The position numbers and the translations under genes are program-made. A stretch of DNA of 64,000 nt from the NCBI GenBank assembly GCA_030390025.1, contig CM059427.1, positions 188,480,001 through 188,544,000 of the forward strand, written 5' to 3'. The first letter of the stretch is position 1, and every line of letters begins with the position of its first letter. Origin of the DNA: Squalus acanthias. Lineage: Eukaryota. The notes beneath the pieces are model-generated. The model saw only the letters and a program-made list of their open reading frames with translations, ran no database searches and had not been told where the DNA came from. Of this stretch, positions 24,444 to 38,382 are shown one piece after another.

Positions 24444-25957
24444 TCAACAGAGAGCCTTTAGGGAGTAGATCTGTTGGAGAACAAATTTGTGGAGTGCTGT
24501 GATGCTGTGGAAGTCACTTTGAACATTGATATCCGCAGCCAAAATGACAGTAGTCTGAGCTTCCTCTGCAGCACTCAGACGCTGGGTGGATACTGCTTGC
24601 GATGCAATGGAAGCTGAGATATTGGCCATCAGACGCTGCATCCTGATTGGTTCCACAGGTGTTCTGCTGGAGGTAGCCACCCATTCCATGCTGGAAATGA
24701 TGGGCTCCAAGCTCTGCGCAAAGCCCTGTGCCAAGTTGGTGCCTGAGTCATCCATGCTCCTTAACATTGAACGTAGGCTTTCTAGCAGACTTTCCAGTGC
24801 ACCAAGCATTTCTGTGTGTAAACCCATCAGCCTTCTTGTGTAGCCTGGCCCATCGAAGTCATTAGCTGAGTCCTCTGCATCAGAACTAGTGTGCGACCTT
24901 GCCCTCTGGCAAGATGGTACCTGCGCTATCATTTCCCCCTTCCCTGGCTGCAGCGCACTTGTGCCCGGTGTCTCACCACGTGCAGAACCCGCCTCTTTCC
25001 TATCTAAATTACTCGCAATATCAGTATGTGAACTGGTAGCTGCAACTGTGAAATCGAGTGACGGTGTGTCTTCATCTTCACGGTCTTCCTGCTCTTCCAC
25101 CACTGCCTGGGCAGGTTGTAGTTCTTGCGTATTTGAAATCAAAAAGGGTTGTGGTGAGGGGAGAGGAGAAAGTAAGAACTGTGCGCTTACACCATCTGCA
25201 GCTTTTCAGTCAAAAGAGATTGTGGGATGGGGGAAAAGTGGGATGAGAGAAGGAGGATTAGGTTTGTGGATACCCTCATCTTCAATGGCTTCAACCCCAC
25301 CGGTGGCCACAGCCTCAGCAATGGCCCTTCCCATGATGGCCAGCATCGTAGCTCCATAGGGGTTAGAACATGCAGGTGCGCCTCTCCATCCTCCGGTTAG
25401 TTCCTGCTACGTCCGGTTGTGCACCACCTTCTCCTGCAAGAGAGGGAAGTGTGTCAGTGAGTGTGGTGCAATCTGTTTGGGTGATGTGGCTGTCAGGGTT
25501 GAATAGCTGCCAGTGTGTGCAAGCTGTGAGATGTGGCTTTGAGGCTTGCTAAAGTGCTAAGTGTGTGAGGGTGAGGTGAAGCATATGAAAGTTTGGGTTG
25601 AGTCCTGATTGATAGAGATTGTTGGTAGGTGATTGCTAGGGGTGTAGTGAATTGAGCAGTGGCTGAGGCTAGTGGTACAGTTGGTAGGATATGGCATTTG
25701 AAGATGCTTTCACTGACCTTGAACACTCGTGTGAGGTCATTAAACTTCTTCCTGCACTGCATCCATTTTCTTGGAGCTAAACGCCTGGCATTGACCTCCA
25801 TGGCTATCTCTTGCTGCTGCCTTTTGAGCAAGTGCCTGGAGGACCTCCTGGCACCCTGAAGATACAAAACATCTCTCCTCTGTTCCATCTCTTCAACCAC
25901 GACCACCAGTGCAGCGACCGAAAACCTTGGCACACACTCTCTCCCATGGTCAGCCAT
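24444..25957 (-). mobile_element. Harbinger accessory Myb/SANT-like (trihelix) gene, spliced and decayed
   Basis: Exon 25957-25718 reads MADHGRECVPRFSVAALVVVVEE…RRDVLY…EVNA…PRKWMQCRKKFNDL and ends at a GT donor. Exon 25433-25274 has an in-frame stop. A third acidic/coiled-coil segment lies in ORF 24444-25142. Confidence 0.8.
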
Positions 25958-26964
25958 TGTTGATTGTTGCACAGTGCACTATTCCCATTGATGTCAGCAC
26001 CTCCACACCCACAATCCCCCTCCCCTTGAAGGTGATATTTAAGTAGTGCTAGGCGCTCCCGAAATTGGGTCCCCTGCTGCTGCGTGCAGCTAATGAACAG
26101 CGCGGGGATCACTGGCTTCACGCAAAGATCATGGTAATACGCAGTCAGCACAAAGTTGTCATCCTGCCTGCATTTCAATCACCGGGCATGGGTTAATCAC
26201 GCATCGCGATCCCTGCGCACGCTTTCGAGGGTTATTCAACTTAACTCCTACTACCTTTAAAGAATTCTGTGTGGAAATCTATAAAGAGAAGGATTACTGC
26301 CTATTTACAGTTATCTGGGCCTAGGCAGTTCATTGAAGGATGTCAATGTGGTTAATCCAAAACAGTGACACTAAGAGAACCATCTACTGCTTTGGGTCAC
26401 TCACATGACCTAAGTCAGGACCAGTTAAACAAGCCCATGACCATTTCATTATTGTCCGACATTTTAAAGATTCATAAGAGAAAAATTTAGCTTGTGTTTC
26501 GGAGTGGGTATTATACGTTTTATTTGTAACGCTAATTACAAAAATTATTAGTTTCACGTAACTTTCAGACACAAGGCTCACAATATAAGGTGTCAGCCGG
26601 GGCTCAGTGGTAGCACACTCGCAGGTATGTTTGAGGCAGAGACAATTGCATCTTTAAGGGAAAACTGGTGAATATTTGAGGCAGGGTAAGATTTAGGGCT
26701 TTGAGAGAGAGTGGGGCAGTGGGGTTAGTTTTTGGATTGTTCTAGCAAAGTGCTGGCACAACGGGACAAATTCTTCTGTGACGTAATCTTCAATGTCTCT
26801 ATAGAAAGGAGGGATGGCATTGAAGATTATATTGAGCAATTATCTTTGTATCCATCAGAAAGAACCTTATCCTGGAGGTAGTCATTTACTTGTTAAGGTT
26901 CTGCCTGAGAACGTAAACATGTATGTGTGTGCACATAGAGAGAAAAAACGTGTATTTATAAACT

Positions 26965-28097
26965 ATCTCACGAGCCACCCCTCCCACTCACCCTCATCCT
27001 AATGCAATCATACCAACTAAGAGCATAGAAGGGTAGCCACTTGGGTGTTTTATGCAATGTTCATGTAAATTTTCTGTTAATGTGGTGTCAAACATTGAAA
27101 CCTTTATTTTCAATACTTTGCGTTCTTGGACGGATTTATGTCCACATTTGGATGTGGCTTAGTGAGTTGCAGTGAATGGTGAGACATAACGGCAGCCCCC
27201 ACAATGGTGATGAGTGTGAAAGGAATGGCTTGGGCATTGTTAGGGATGCTTAATGCTGTTGGTGTGGGGTGGTGCCAACCTGGCGCATCATGTGGCACCC
27301 AGGGTGTACATCGTCAAGTGAAGTAAATCTAGCCATGGTGAGGCCATCCCTGGCCACTGGGCAAAATGTGGTTGGGTGCTGATGTCCTGTGTCCTGTGCA
27401 GCATCAGTTGATTGCGGAGAAGGTTGGTGTTGTCGTTGGAGCTGCTGGTGTTCCTAGTGCTGCTGGTGTGCCCGGCGCTGCTGGTGTTCCTGGTGATGCT
27501 GGTGTTGGGTCTAATCGTGGTGGGATTCTGAGGACCAAGGTGAGATTTTCAAGTGCACCCATGCTGATGGAATAGATGGCAGGTGAAGTAAAGATAACAG
27601 AAGTGATCTCTCAGTGGTGGGAGAGGTAATGAGGTCAGACTGGATGGAGTCTTGTGTAAAGACTTGCAGCATCCTGAATCTGTAGTGGAAATGCAGTTTA
27701 GAGAAGCTAGTGGTGAAGGGAACATTTCTCAATCAGCTGGGAGCTTCAACTTGATATTTGAAGCTAACAAACTCATCAGCTGATTCAATGGCCACTGACC
27801 TCCCGCCTCAGCTTCACGGACGAGGTCGAGGCACAGCGGGAAACTGGTGGGCGACCTGTCAAATCCAAAATGCTGGGAAAAAGCCATTGATAAGTGGCTG
27901 TAAACAAGCCACTAATGATTTTCATTGCCTCCCCTGCCTCTGCGTGTCGGGTCTGCTCAGCGCTGACAGACCCGACATTTGGTGAAGGCGCGTGGCAGTC
28001 AGTTCACAGCGGGGTCCTGACCCGCTGAGGGAAAAAAACACTTTCCCACCCAACCTGCCACCGATTGTGCCCGCTGACCCCCCGCAAAATCCAGCCC
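26965..28097 (-). mobile_element. Harbinger-derived element fragment (terminal region and transposase N-terminal remnant)
   Basis: Reverse complement is homologous to 42428-43337; ends in TIR-like gcaaaatccagccc. Confidence 0.65.
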
Positions 28098-28894
28098 TTT
28101 GTATCTATCAGAAAAAGCCTAATCCTGGAGGTAGTCATTTACTTTTTATGGTTCTGTCTGGGTGTAGAGGAGCAAGAAATGCTGCTGAGAGAATACGACA
28201 AAGATGGAGATCTTGCGCAAGGAATGATGTCTCTTCAACTTCATTCCAGCCCAGTTCCACACACGCACACACACACATTAGAGAGAAAGAACTTGTATTT
28301 ATTTACTGAGCTTGACATCAAGACAGCATTTAACCAAGTGCGGCACCAAGGAGCCCCAGTAAAACTGAAGTCAATGGGGATGAGGGGGGACGATGGTTGT
28401 GGTAGTTTCAAGCCAATTATCTGAACCCTATGACATTACTGCCCGCCATATTGGAAGATTAGGAATCCATTTGGTGCCCAAATAATGGGCGCTACACCGG
28501 CGAATTTCTAGGCCTATAAGTCCCAGCCTCAAGATAGACTGGTTCCAACTCCAGGTTGTTAATTTGATACAATCTCATTTACAAAGAGTTTCATTGTTCA
28601 ATACAGAGAGCATCAACCTGAGGGAAGGCTACCTAATAGATCACACAACTGATGTGCAAAATGTAGCGCTGCACAAGAGTGATGGAACTAAGTTGACTCT
28701 GATTTGGCTCAGTGTTAGTGATGAACACACCAATACTTTCCTTTTGGTAACTAGTTCTTTTAACTCTAATCCTGACCAATAGTTTATATTATTTTACATC
28801 GATTTGTGAGATGGGATCCTGTAATATCCTTTCACTGGAGTGCAAAACAGCCTGGTAAAAGTCTTTCAAAAAGGCACAACAAATATTTTTATTA

Positions 28895-29545
28895 ATAATT
28901 CATTCTCGGGATAAGGGCATTGGTGGTAAGGCCAGCATTTTGCCCATCTCTAGTTGCCCTTGAGAAGGGGGTGGTGGACCTTCTTCTTGAAGCGCTGCAG
29001 TCCATGTGGTGAAGTTCCTCCTACAATGCTCTTAGGTAGAGATTTCAAGAATATAGACAGGATGTCATGTGACTTGGAGGGGAACTTGGAGGTGATGGTG
29101 TTCCCATACACCTGCTGCCCTTGTCCTTCTATATGGTAGAGGTGGCAGGTTTTAGAGGTGCTACCGAAGAAGCCTTGGTGAGTTGTAGATAGGACACACT
29201 GCAGCCACAGTGTGTCAGTGGTGGAAGGAGTGAATGTTTAAGGTTGTGGATGGGTTGCCGATCAAGTGGACAGCTTTATTCTGGATTGTGTTGAGCTACT
29301 TGAGTGTTGTTGCAGCTGCCTCCTTCCTTGTAAGTGAAGAGTATTCCATCACATTCCTGACTTGTATCTTGTAGGTGGTGGAGAGGCTTTGTGGAATCAG
29401 GAGATGAGCCACTCGCCATAGAATACCCAGCCTCTGACCTGCTCTGGTCGCCATGGTATTTATATGGCTGGTACAGTTGAATTTCTGGTCAGTGTGAATG
29501 TCGATGTAGATGGTGGGGATTTGCCGATGATAATGACATTGCAAG
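28895..29545 (-). mobile_element. 3' fragment of the LINE family at 39675-42116
   Basis: SHINTMATRAGQRLGIL…QSLSTTYK…MEYS is shared with ORF 39731-40426. Confidence 0.8.
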
Positions 29546-30037
29546 CATGATAAACATGATCAATAAATGGAGCAGCAGTGAATTAAAAAATGCTAATTAC
29601 TGTTAATTCATACCCTCAGTTATATAAAATTCGGTAGTTTTCTGATCAGTGTAAGTGAACATTATGGTGGAGAAATCTTTTGCAAGTTTACTTTTGGTCC
29701 ATTTTTCCTACAATAGGTCATTACATTTCTCTTTTTATTCCTACTTTATTTACTTTATTATCAGTTGAATATTAGGATGAGTATCTTTCATTAAACTTCT
29801 CACAGGAAGAACTGACGTATTTTACTGAAGGCGTTTTTGGACATTTTACAGTTCCAAGTTAGAATGAGGAAATAATTTGGAAAGCTCTTTTACCTCATTT
29901 CTTTCTCTTCACAGTCTGAAGTGTTAAACATATTGAAGAAATGTGCCTCGGTTTTACTTCTGGTGGTTTTCTGGTGCTATGTATATTTTTATATCTACAT
30001 GTATATTTCTTACAGGCAAAGAGACGGAATCTGTGAA

Positions 30038-30125
30038 ATGAGGCTACGATTTTTCTGCAGCAAAATGCCAGCTGGTTTGATGTTCAGTTTCTTTGTGTTT
30101 CTACTTCTGTCTGTTTTCATACAAA
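30038..30125 (+). pseudogene. Leader (signal-peptide) exon of the four-Ig V-C2-V-C2 gene
   Basis: Acceptor tttcttacag| at 30015; ATG at 30038 (alternative 30065). Encodes MRLRFFCSKMPAGLMFSFFVFLLLSVFIQ; phase-1 donor |gtaagt. Confidence 0.75.
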
Positions 30126-32210
30126 GTAAGTGCCTTTTTTCCACCAATCACATTCATATGGGCCCGGGTTTTGCGATGGGTATGACCGCATACTCTGAGA
30201 GTACGCCGTCATTCAACAGAAAGTTGTATACATCGGGACTAATAAATTGTGAGTTTGGATGAAAAAAAACCAAAATGCTGATATATGAAATAAGTCCAAG
30301 TCCCAGTTTAATTTAAAGTTTTTAAAACTTTTTGAAAAGGAATTTCAATGGAGGAGACTGAGAGACGTTTCTGTGGGCGTGGCTCAGTTTTGACAGATTT
30401 TATGGGAGTGTTTTCTCTTATGCATAGGCTGTATGCTGCGCGCTGCCTCCCTGATGTCATACGCTGCGCAGAGCTCTGCAGTGCAGAAGAGCAAGTCTCC
30501 GTTCTGGTCCTCCCACCAGGTAAGTTTGTATATCTTTTCATAGGTCGGCGGCGTACTCCGTAGCTACACCACCGACCACAATTTTTGAGCCATTGTTTCA
30601 ATTTATCATAGGCCGTGATCTTCCATCTCGGTGCGGCTTGAGGGCGGGACAGCTGCCTTCCGGGTTCCAGTCCCGCCCCCAACTACGTCCGACTCACAGA
30701 CGTTATTTTGCGTCAATTGGCCTTGTTAAGCCTGCACTGCGGGCTTTCCGGCCAATTAAGAGAAAGCCAGTGTCAGATAACGTCAGTTGATGAAACTTCA
30801 TCTGCCGGTTTTCTTAAAGGGACCATGCACAATTTTTTTTGACAGCTGCTTTCTCAGTGTTTCACAGCATTGAAATGCTGCAAACACTGACAATCACTGA
30901 ACAAAGGTGAGCCTTTGCACCCAGGCTCTCCAGTGATGCCCTCCTTAGGCTAGAACAGATGGCAGCTGCAGGTGAGGTTACAGAAGTGATCTGTCACTGG
31001 TGACAAATGCTCACCCAATGAGGTGGGACTACACAAACAATTCAAAACTTGTCACCTGCAGAAAAGATTAAATACATTAAAAATGATTTTACCAACATTT
31101 TCTTACCTCTGAAACTCACCAGTTCACCATTGGATCCATCACACCACTTCTTCAGCTGTCATCAAAGCAGAAACATTACAGCAGACTCACAACACGCCAC
31201 AATTACCTCGTGTGGTGTCCAGACGTCGGGAAGCCTGCAGTAGACATGTCAAAATTGCAAAAAGCCTCTTAACTGCCTGTTAACTACCTGTTAACAAGCA
31301 GTTAGGTGGCTATAATCCTCTTCCCGCTTCTAGGTGTAGGGTCCATGCGCAAATCAGGGACCCGACACCTGGGAAGATTGTTTGGAGGTGAGTTGACAGT
31401 GGGTTTCCGACCCGCTGTCAATCTTTGCAATTTTGCCGGATGTCCCTCCTCCAAACCCGCTCCCTGAGCGCTGGCAAAATTACCCCCATAGTGTTTAATG
31501 AATTCACACACCCAGTATTCAGAAAGCAAGTAAGGTCTTCATTTTCATGTCCCTGCTCCTTTAAACAGGATGTGTAAGTTCACTTTTCAGATTCCAACAA
31601 TACAACAACATAATGGCCTGGATTTTCCGGGGCCTATGACGGCGTACGTGGTGTGTGCACGGCCGTAAGTGCCCCGCAGGTTCCGGGTTTCCACATGAGC
31701 TGCACTTGCATGAGAACCTAGAACTTGCAATCTGTCAAGTTTCAGCTTGACAAATCCACCGCATCCCCAGAAAGTGGACATTCGCTGGCGGGAAGCCTCC
31801 GACTGCAAAGTCAGTCCCATTAAAATCAAAAATGTTAGCCTATTTCTCATTGCACTTCAACTCCTTTTCCCAGTCAATCTGTTAATCTCTCTGTCTGTCT
31901 ATACATCTACTCTTGCATGTAGCAAGCTTCCATCACATAGCTCAATGTCACATTTCAAAGTGTCACACTCACTCTGTGGAGCACTCTCTGTATTCCACGA
32001 TATTTCAGATTTCAACAGCCTAACAGATTGATTGTGGTATAGAATGGTTTCAAAATTAATAACAATATTCAAATGTTAATAAAATTAAGAATTATTGAGA
32101 AGTTATTGTTGATTGAGCCTGTGCAATTTACAGAAGTTACATTTTCATAAAACAACATTTGAAAAAGTCTTAGTAGGTTGTAACCTGAACAAGCTGGGAC
32201 TCTTTTCTCT

Positions 32211-32530
32211 GTCGGAGGTGCCGTCTTTCGGATGAGACGTTAAACTGAGGCCCTGTCTGCTCTCTCAGGTGGACGTAAAAGATCCCATGGCACTATTTCG
32301 AAGAAGAGCAGGGGAGTTATCCCCGGTGTCCTGGCCAATATCTATCCCTCATAACAAAGACATTAACTGCTCATTATCACATTGCTGTTTGTGGGAGCTT
32401 GCGGAGCGCAAATTGGCTGCTGCATTTCCTACATTACAACAGTGACTACACTTCAAAAAGTACTTCATTGGCTGTAAAGCGCTTTGGGACGTCCGGTGGT
32501 CGTGAAAGGAGCTGCAGAAATGCAAGTCAT
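32211..32530 (+). mobile_element. Deu-domain SINE inserted into a CR1 3' fragment (~32170-32960)
   Basis: ggaggtgccgtctttcggatgagacgttaaac…aaagatcccatggcactatt…attgctgtttgtggga…gtaaagcgctttggga; the CR1 frame (LGLFSL|EKRRLRGD) resumes after it. Confidence 0.85.
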
Positions 32531-33700
32531 TGTTTCTTCTTTCTCTCTTTCTTTCCAGAAAAGAGAAGGCTGAGGGGGTGACCTAATAGTAGCCTATAAA
32601 ATTATGAAGGGGTTTATAGAGTAGACATAGAGAAGATGTTTCCACTTGTGGGTGAGTTCAAAACTAGGGCTTATAAATATAAGATAGTCACGAATAAATC
32701 CAATCAGGAATTCAGGAGAAAATTCTTTAGCCAGAGAGTGATTAGAATGTAGAGCTCGCTACCACATGGAGTGGTTGAGGCGAATAGCATAGATGCATTA
32801 AAGGGGAAGTTAGATCAGTAAATGAGGGAGAAAGGAATAGAAGGATATGCTGATAGGCTTAGATGAAAGAGGGTGGGAGGACGCTCATGTGGAGCATAAC
32901 CACCGGTACAGGCTAGTTGGGCCGAGTGGCCATTTTCTGTGCTGTAAATTCTGTGTAATTCAAGATTAGTTTCAAATTTTAGGTTTAAACTTCACTGTGC
33001 ATGGAGCCATTTTGTTTTTGGTTATTGTGATAATAACAATGAACTATTGACTGAATGGTGTGACCAATGTCACCAGAGGCCACCTGGAAGTGTCCAAATG
33101 CATTAATGTGAAGTGCATTTTTCACCGTCACATCCACAGTTGTCACCTTTCACAGATAAGGCAAAGCACCTGCTGGAAAGAGGCTACAAGTCAGGTTCCA
33201 AGAGCTGGTTTATCTCTGTCACGGTGTCTCATCAGACAAGGTGGTGGGGGGTGGACTCAGGAACTGCCTGATCTCTGCCCACCTCGGGAAACCCCGTCAC
33301 AGGACAAACGGGGTGGAAACCCGACATAACCGTATCCTGCCCCAATTTCTCTCCCTGAACTCCTGTCCACCCTGATAATTCCCCTGTAGACCAGGAGTCA
33401 CGAGGAGATTTGGAACCTTTATTTTCTGTAACATGGAAATAACCATGTGCAACTTTTTACTTCGATTATTTTTTGTAGTAATGATGTATGTCCTGATAAT
33501 TCTAGTAATAGATACACTGAATATGTAATGGAATTGTTCTGTTTTTCTCTGTAATAGTGTCTGCAGTTAAGGCAACATGATCAGTTAAATATAAAAATAT
33601 GACTGTAAATAAATGAACTCCAATATAAATAATTATAACTATGGGATTAAGGAGTTGTGAATTGATATTAAAATGCTTACATTGTTCCTCTTTCTTACAG

Positions 33701-34047
33701 GAAACACAAATGATATGTATTGTTTGGATAAGGGAGATGGCATTCCATTAAAAGAACTGGACAATCCTGGGAATGGCCCTGTTGTCTGGGAATGGAAATC
33801 ACACTCAGGGCAAGAAATGCAGCGGCTGGTTACTTTTCACAAAGTGAGTTCGGACTGGTGGGTCACGCAATGGAACAATGACTTTGGAAATAAGGAGTTG
33901 TACAAAAATGCATGGCAGGATGGGATGGTGTTTCCATTGATCTGAGTATTACAAATCCTACATTTAAATTTGCAGGCTCGTTCATCTTGAGTTAAACACA
34001 GCCGAGTAATAAAACCTTGAAACAGTATGAAATATTTGTGCTCAAAG
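33701..34047 (+). pseudogene. D1 (V-like Ig) exon, with a frameshift and a premature stop
   Basis: AG/GT bounded. …GPVVWEWKSHSGQEMQRLVTF… shifts frame near 33910-33920 into …WDGVSIDLSITNPTFKFAGSFILS*TQPSNKTLKQYEIFVLK; TAA at 33993-33995. Confidence 0.8.
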
Positions 34048-35644
34048 GTGAGTGGGACAAATTCTAGAAAAGGTTCATTAATATGACTCTCCAAAAATAA
34101 TTTTACTTGTACAAATGAGAGATTGCCAGGATCACGTGAGATTTATATCACCCAGTGCAGAGAGCATCTCTCATTAAAACAACCAGGGGAAAGATTTTGT
34201 TCATTGTTTCTCCTGAAATGGTCAACATGAGTAAAAACTTTTCGACAATTTCACCAGAAATAGCAAACCGAGGAATCTACCCCACAGAGAGTATTATGGT
34301 CTGTACACTGGCACACTCTCTGTCAGATGTACTGAATTCTGTTACCAAACCAATAGATCACTTGTAGTAATAAGCCTCAGCGCGATGGGACAGGAATAAG
34401 ATTGGCCAGAATCACTGCTCCTGATTGCTGTCCAGTGAACCTGTTAGATGTGTCACTTGGATTAGGTCCCAGAGGAAGTCAAGCGTCCCTGGAAATTGTA
34501 CTCTGCCAAAAAGTTAATGCCTTCAGGAAAGCAAGGGGAACATGGCAGAGAAAAACCGATACATTGTGTTAATTCAATAATATTTAAAACTTTTAGTATA
34601 ATTAAATCAAAATCTTTAGATTCTGCCAACTAAGGATGTTGCTCAACAGCTGCACTTCCTGGATGCTTGATGTGCTTAAATACTAAATGAGGCTGAGGTC
34701 ACTGTCATATGTACTTGATACAAAATATAATTCAATCCTGAAATGTCGTAGTGGACAAAATATGATCGTGACTGTACTGGGCCTGGACCATTGCTCCTGA
34801 GGTGTTGGCCCAAACTGCACCAGAATGTGTTGACCATAATAGAAAGTCAACTCATTTACATTTGTTGGTGGCACTCATGGTACATAGTGCGTGGTACACG
34901 GGGAATGTCACACGGGTCGGGCACCAGAGTGTTGGGCGCCAGCAGCTAATGGATGCCACCATTGTTTTAGCCTGACATTGGAATTAAAGTCCCTGTTGAA
35001 GATTTGATTCTTACTTGTCATGTTGTAGGTGGGACTGAAAGTCAGGGTGGGCATTTTTAGAACAAGCCTCTCCTGAAGTGCCATTCCTCATGGACGCTCA
35101 ATGATTGGAGCCCTGCTCAGGAGCATTTTGGGAGCCCACTCATTTAAATAACGTAATGACTTTTGGCGTGGATTTTGTGCACAGGCTCCCAGTGCGTGTG
35201 TTGGGTGGTCTTACTGAAGTGTGCGAGGCACATTGAGAACAGAGTGGGACTGGAGCCTTCTCCATGTCTGATAATATGGGCGCTACATTTCCATCACACC
35301 CTCCTCTGGTGAGATTCCATCACCTGTCCATTGTGGTGTCGGCTTCCCCAAATGTCATCCAATCTATGTAACCTTAACCTGACCCCGGATACTCCAGCAG
35401 GGTCAGGGGTAAAGGTCATCGGCCGCACTCTGGCTCATTCACGCTGGCAGAGCTGGACTGAGAATTTTCAGCCTCACTGTGTTATTCTACTGACAAAATG
35501 CACTTGTGTGTAATCTGGCCTGACTCTTTAATGCAGCAAGGTACAAGTGCTGATGATGGGCACATCCTACGGTCAGTTAGAACCTAATCGTTGGATTGTA
35601 CATGTCACTACTTACACTAAATCTTATTGATATGTTTTTCACAG

Positions 35645-35914
35645 TTGAGTCAAGTCCACAGAGTGCTGTGGTGGGCAGTGACGTTACACTCAGCTGTACC
35701 ATCTCCAAACTCTCAGATACAGTCAGTCTTCAATGGAAACAGAGAGACTCATCTCAGCAGAACAGGAGCAACACTGATCAGATCCGACTAAATAACACAG
35801 TCTATCTGATAGTCAAACATGTTGCAGTAGAGGATAAGGAGTTGTACGCGTGTGAAGTGCAGGAAGATGGATCCATTATTCTCACTGGAAAAGCAGATTT
35901 TTCTGTGGCCCAGG
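35645..35914 (+). pseudogene. D2 (C2-type Ig) exon, open
   Basis: tttttcacag|…|gtaagt; 270 nt, phase 1/1. Encodes VESSPQSAVVGSDVTLSCTIS…LQWKQ…LIVKHVAVEDKELYACEV. Confidence 0.9.
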
Positions 35915-36319
35915 GTAAGTGCAGTTACCTCACAGTAGATATTAAAGAGTTACTAATATAAAACTGTTACATATAAAGTGGAGTCATACATGTCAACCAT
36001 CAGCACTTCATGCTTACAGTCATGCGGTCTGCACAGAGCGGGATTAAATAGAGTGGACTTGAACAGAGTGCTTTTGTCGGGAATTTGGAAATAGTGGGAA
36101 TTCGGAGAAGAGAGGGAAGGAGTTGTTGCTTTTTCCTACACTACTTTTAGTGCTTTGTATTACAGGTAAATATTTAATTTTGGTGTAAATATAACATTGC
36201 AATACATAGAAACATAGAAACTAGGAGCAGGAGTAGGCCATTCGGCCCGTCGAGCCTGCTCCACCATTCAATACGATCATGGCTGATCACCTAAATCCAC
36301 TACCCTGTCCCTGCTTTCT

Positions 36320-36652
36320 CACACAGAATCCCCATCGAGCCTGCACCGACACATATCCCACCCTATCCCCGTAACCCCACGTATTTAATTCCCCCTAACA
36401 TATCCCATCCTATCCCCGTAACCCCACATATTTAATCCCCCCCTAACACTAAGGGTCAATTTATCATAGCCAAATCAACCTAACCCGCACATTTTTGGAC
36501 TGTGGGAGGAAACCGGAGCACCCGGAGGAAACCCACGCTGACACGGGGAGAATGTGCAAACTCCACACAGACAGTCACCCGAGGCCAGATTCGAACCCGG
36601 GTCGCTGGCGCTGTGAGGCACCAGTGCTAACCACTATGCCACCGTGTTGCCC
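36320..36652 (-). mobile_element. HE1-type V-SINE
   Basis: tRNA-like head (ggtggcatagtggttagcac…gggttcgaat) and V-domain (tgtgtggagtttgcacattctcccc…gggtttcctccgggtgctccggtttcctcccaca) on the minus strand. Confidence 0.9.
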
Positions 36653-37421
36653 TACAGTGGGTGAATATTAACAACTAGCTCTTGATGGATCTGATAATAA
36701 ATAGCTAAAGGGTTGAAGGTGGACAGCAACATTCTCACACAGCTCATCAGTTACTAAAACACAGAGACAATTCTTTTCTAAATATGGTTCACTTTATTCA
36801 CTGCAAGGGCACAGCATAAAAGTCCATCCCTGAATATCTATTCAGTGCTCTTCCAATACAGTGTATGGCCGGAATTTTCCCGGGTGGTAGCGGGGGCGAT
36901 CGGTGGCGGGTCGGGTGGGAAAGTTATTCATAGAAGTTTACAGCACAGAAGAGGCCATTCAGCCCATCTTGTCCATGCAGCCTACTAACACGTGGTTAAC
37001 GAGACATCTTAACAAGATTCCTTGCCACTTTTATTATTCACATAGCAGCCCTTTTTGAATGGAAGGATAAAGCTAGAAGTGATAATGCCATTTTGAGGTA
37101 ATTTGTGAAACAAAGCAGACTAGATCAGCATTTTATCCACTGTATCTTTTCCATGAGTTGGCACCATGAGAAAGAACACTCTATCTGTGCAGGTACTGCA
37201 ATCTAACAGAGATTTAAAATGAAGTCATTTGAAAATGACTTTCCTATTCTCATATATAGGAGACTATCCACCCTGTGCTCTACTTAAATAATCAATAACC
37301 TTTATTAAATTATGTTATGGTCTGAACACAAAATAATTCATGTGTAATTATAGTAATTATTTCTTCCTTTTTGATGTATCACAGTCGGAGCAAAAATCAA
37401 AATCCTCTTTTCCTATTACAG

Positions 37422-37769
37422 CTCGATATTTTCATCAGCCTGCCTACACATGTTATCGGTCGAGTACAGTTCACAGTGAAGTTCACCTGATGGATGATTC
37501 TCGTTATTTCTGGAGATATCGTAAAGCTGCCTGGATTTGGAAGTCACATCACTCTCCAAATCAAGAGATACAGATAGCTTCTTATTTCAGATCTCACCGT
37601 ATCGATCTAAACATGACGTACTTTGGGAATCGAATAAATGCAATAAAGAGATACTTTGACAGGAACATCATTGTACAGATTGTCCCTGTGCTGTTTGATG
37701 ATGCAGGAGATTTCACATTAACTGTCAATTCAGAAAAACTAGTGACCATTACACTAATCACAGTTAAAG
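37422..37769 (+). pseudogene. D3 (V-like Ig) exon, open
   Basis: ttttcctattacag|…|gtaggt; 348 nt, phase 1/1. Encodes …EVHL…AAWIWKS…YFGNRI…VQIVPVLFDDAGDFTL…ITLITVK. Confidence 0.85.
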
Positions 37770-37853
37770 GTAGGTGACAGAATGCTGCCATTGTTGCCAG
37801 TCATCATTAATCAATTATTGTTTAAAATCTAAATGATTTTCTTGTTTACACAG

Positions 37854-38109
37854 TCACAGCTGAACCATCTGATGCAGTGACTGAGGGAGACACCGTTACC
37901 CTGACCTGCTGTGTCTCTGATGTGATTTGTTTGGATCAGTAGTGATGGCAAAACTGTTGAAGAAAAAACATTGAATGGATCGAATGGGGAAGAGAAATCA
38001 TTGAGACTGATTATTCAGAAAGCTGACAGAGGCAGTGGGAACTGGATATGTGTTTTGTTTCAACAAAACAGTTCCAAGATTATAATCCCGTACTATCTGG
38101 AAATCGTGA
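37854..38109 (+). pseudogene. D4 (C2-type Ig) exon, with a frameshifting deletion
   Basis: VTAEPSDAVTEGDTVTLTCCVSDV shifts frame at ~37925 into FVWISSDGKTVEEK…SLRLIIQKADRGSGNWICVLF…YYLEIV; 256 nt (not a multiple of 3); donor |gtaagt. Confidence 0.88.
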
Positions 38110-38382
38110 GTAAGTGTTTATGTTGTAAACTGATAACCAGCAGCACTGGTACAAACTGATGCAGAATAAATAGACAGTGCAACTCAATGAAATGTAATTC
38201 TTTGTTCACTGTAATATAGCAGAAGCTCTGTTACTCAGGGTGTTGGTAAAAAGACCCACAAAGACCGACGTTGTCTTTTTACTTGAGCAGTAATGAAGTT
38301 TTTGTTGCTTCAGGTGCAATACCTTTATTTCTTCAATCAGCTTGCAAAGCACTTTGCAAGCAAAGTAGATTAAAGAGATATT

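Noticed and set aside
28165-28255. EF-hand-like peptide (MLLREYDKDGDL) as an exon or retrocopy fragment
   Set aside because: The match is too short, the loop is incomplete, there are no convincing splice sites, and it sits among TE fragments.
29640-29915. ETS/PU.1-like motifs (gaggaa, caggaag) as the promoter of the four-Ig gene
   Set aside because: Such short motifs are expected by chance, and the leader exon has an upstream acceptor, so the start site cannot be placed.
36560-36652. tRNA gene
   Set aside because: The A/B boxes belong to the tRNA-derived head of a V-SINE and continue into the V domain.
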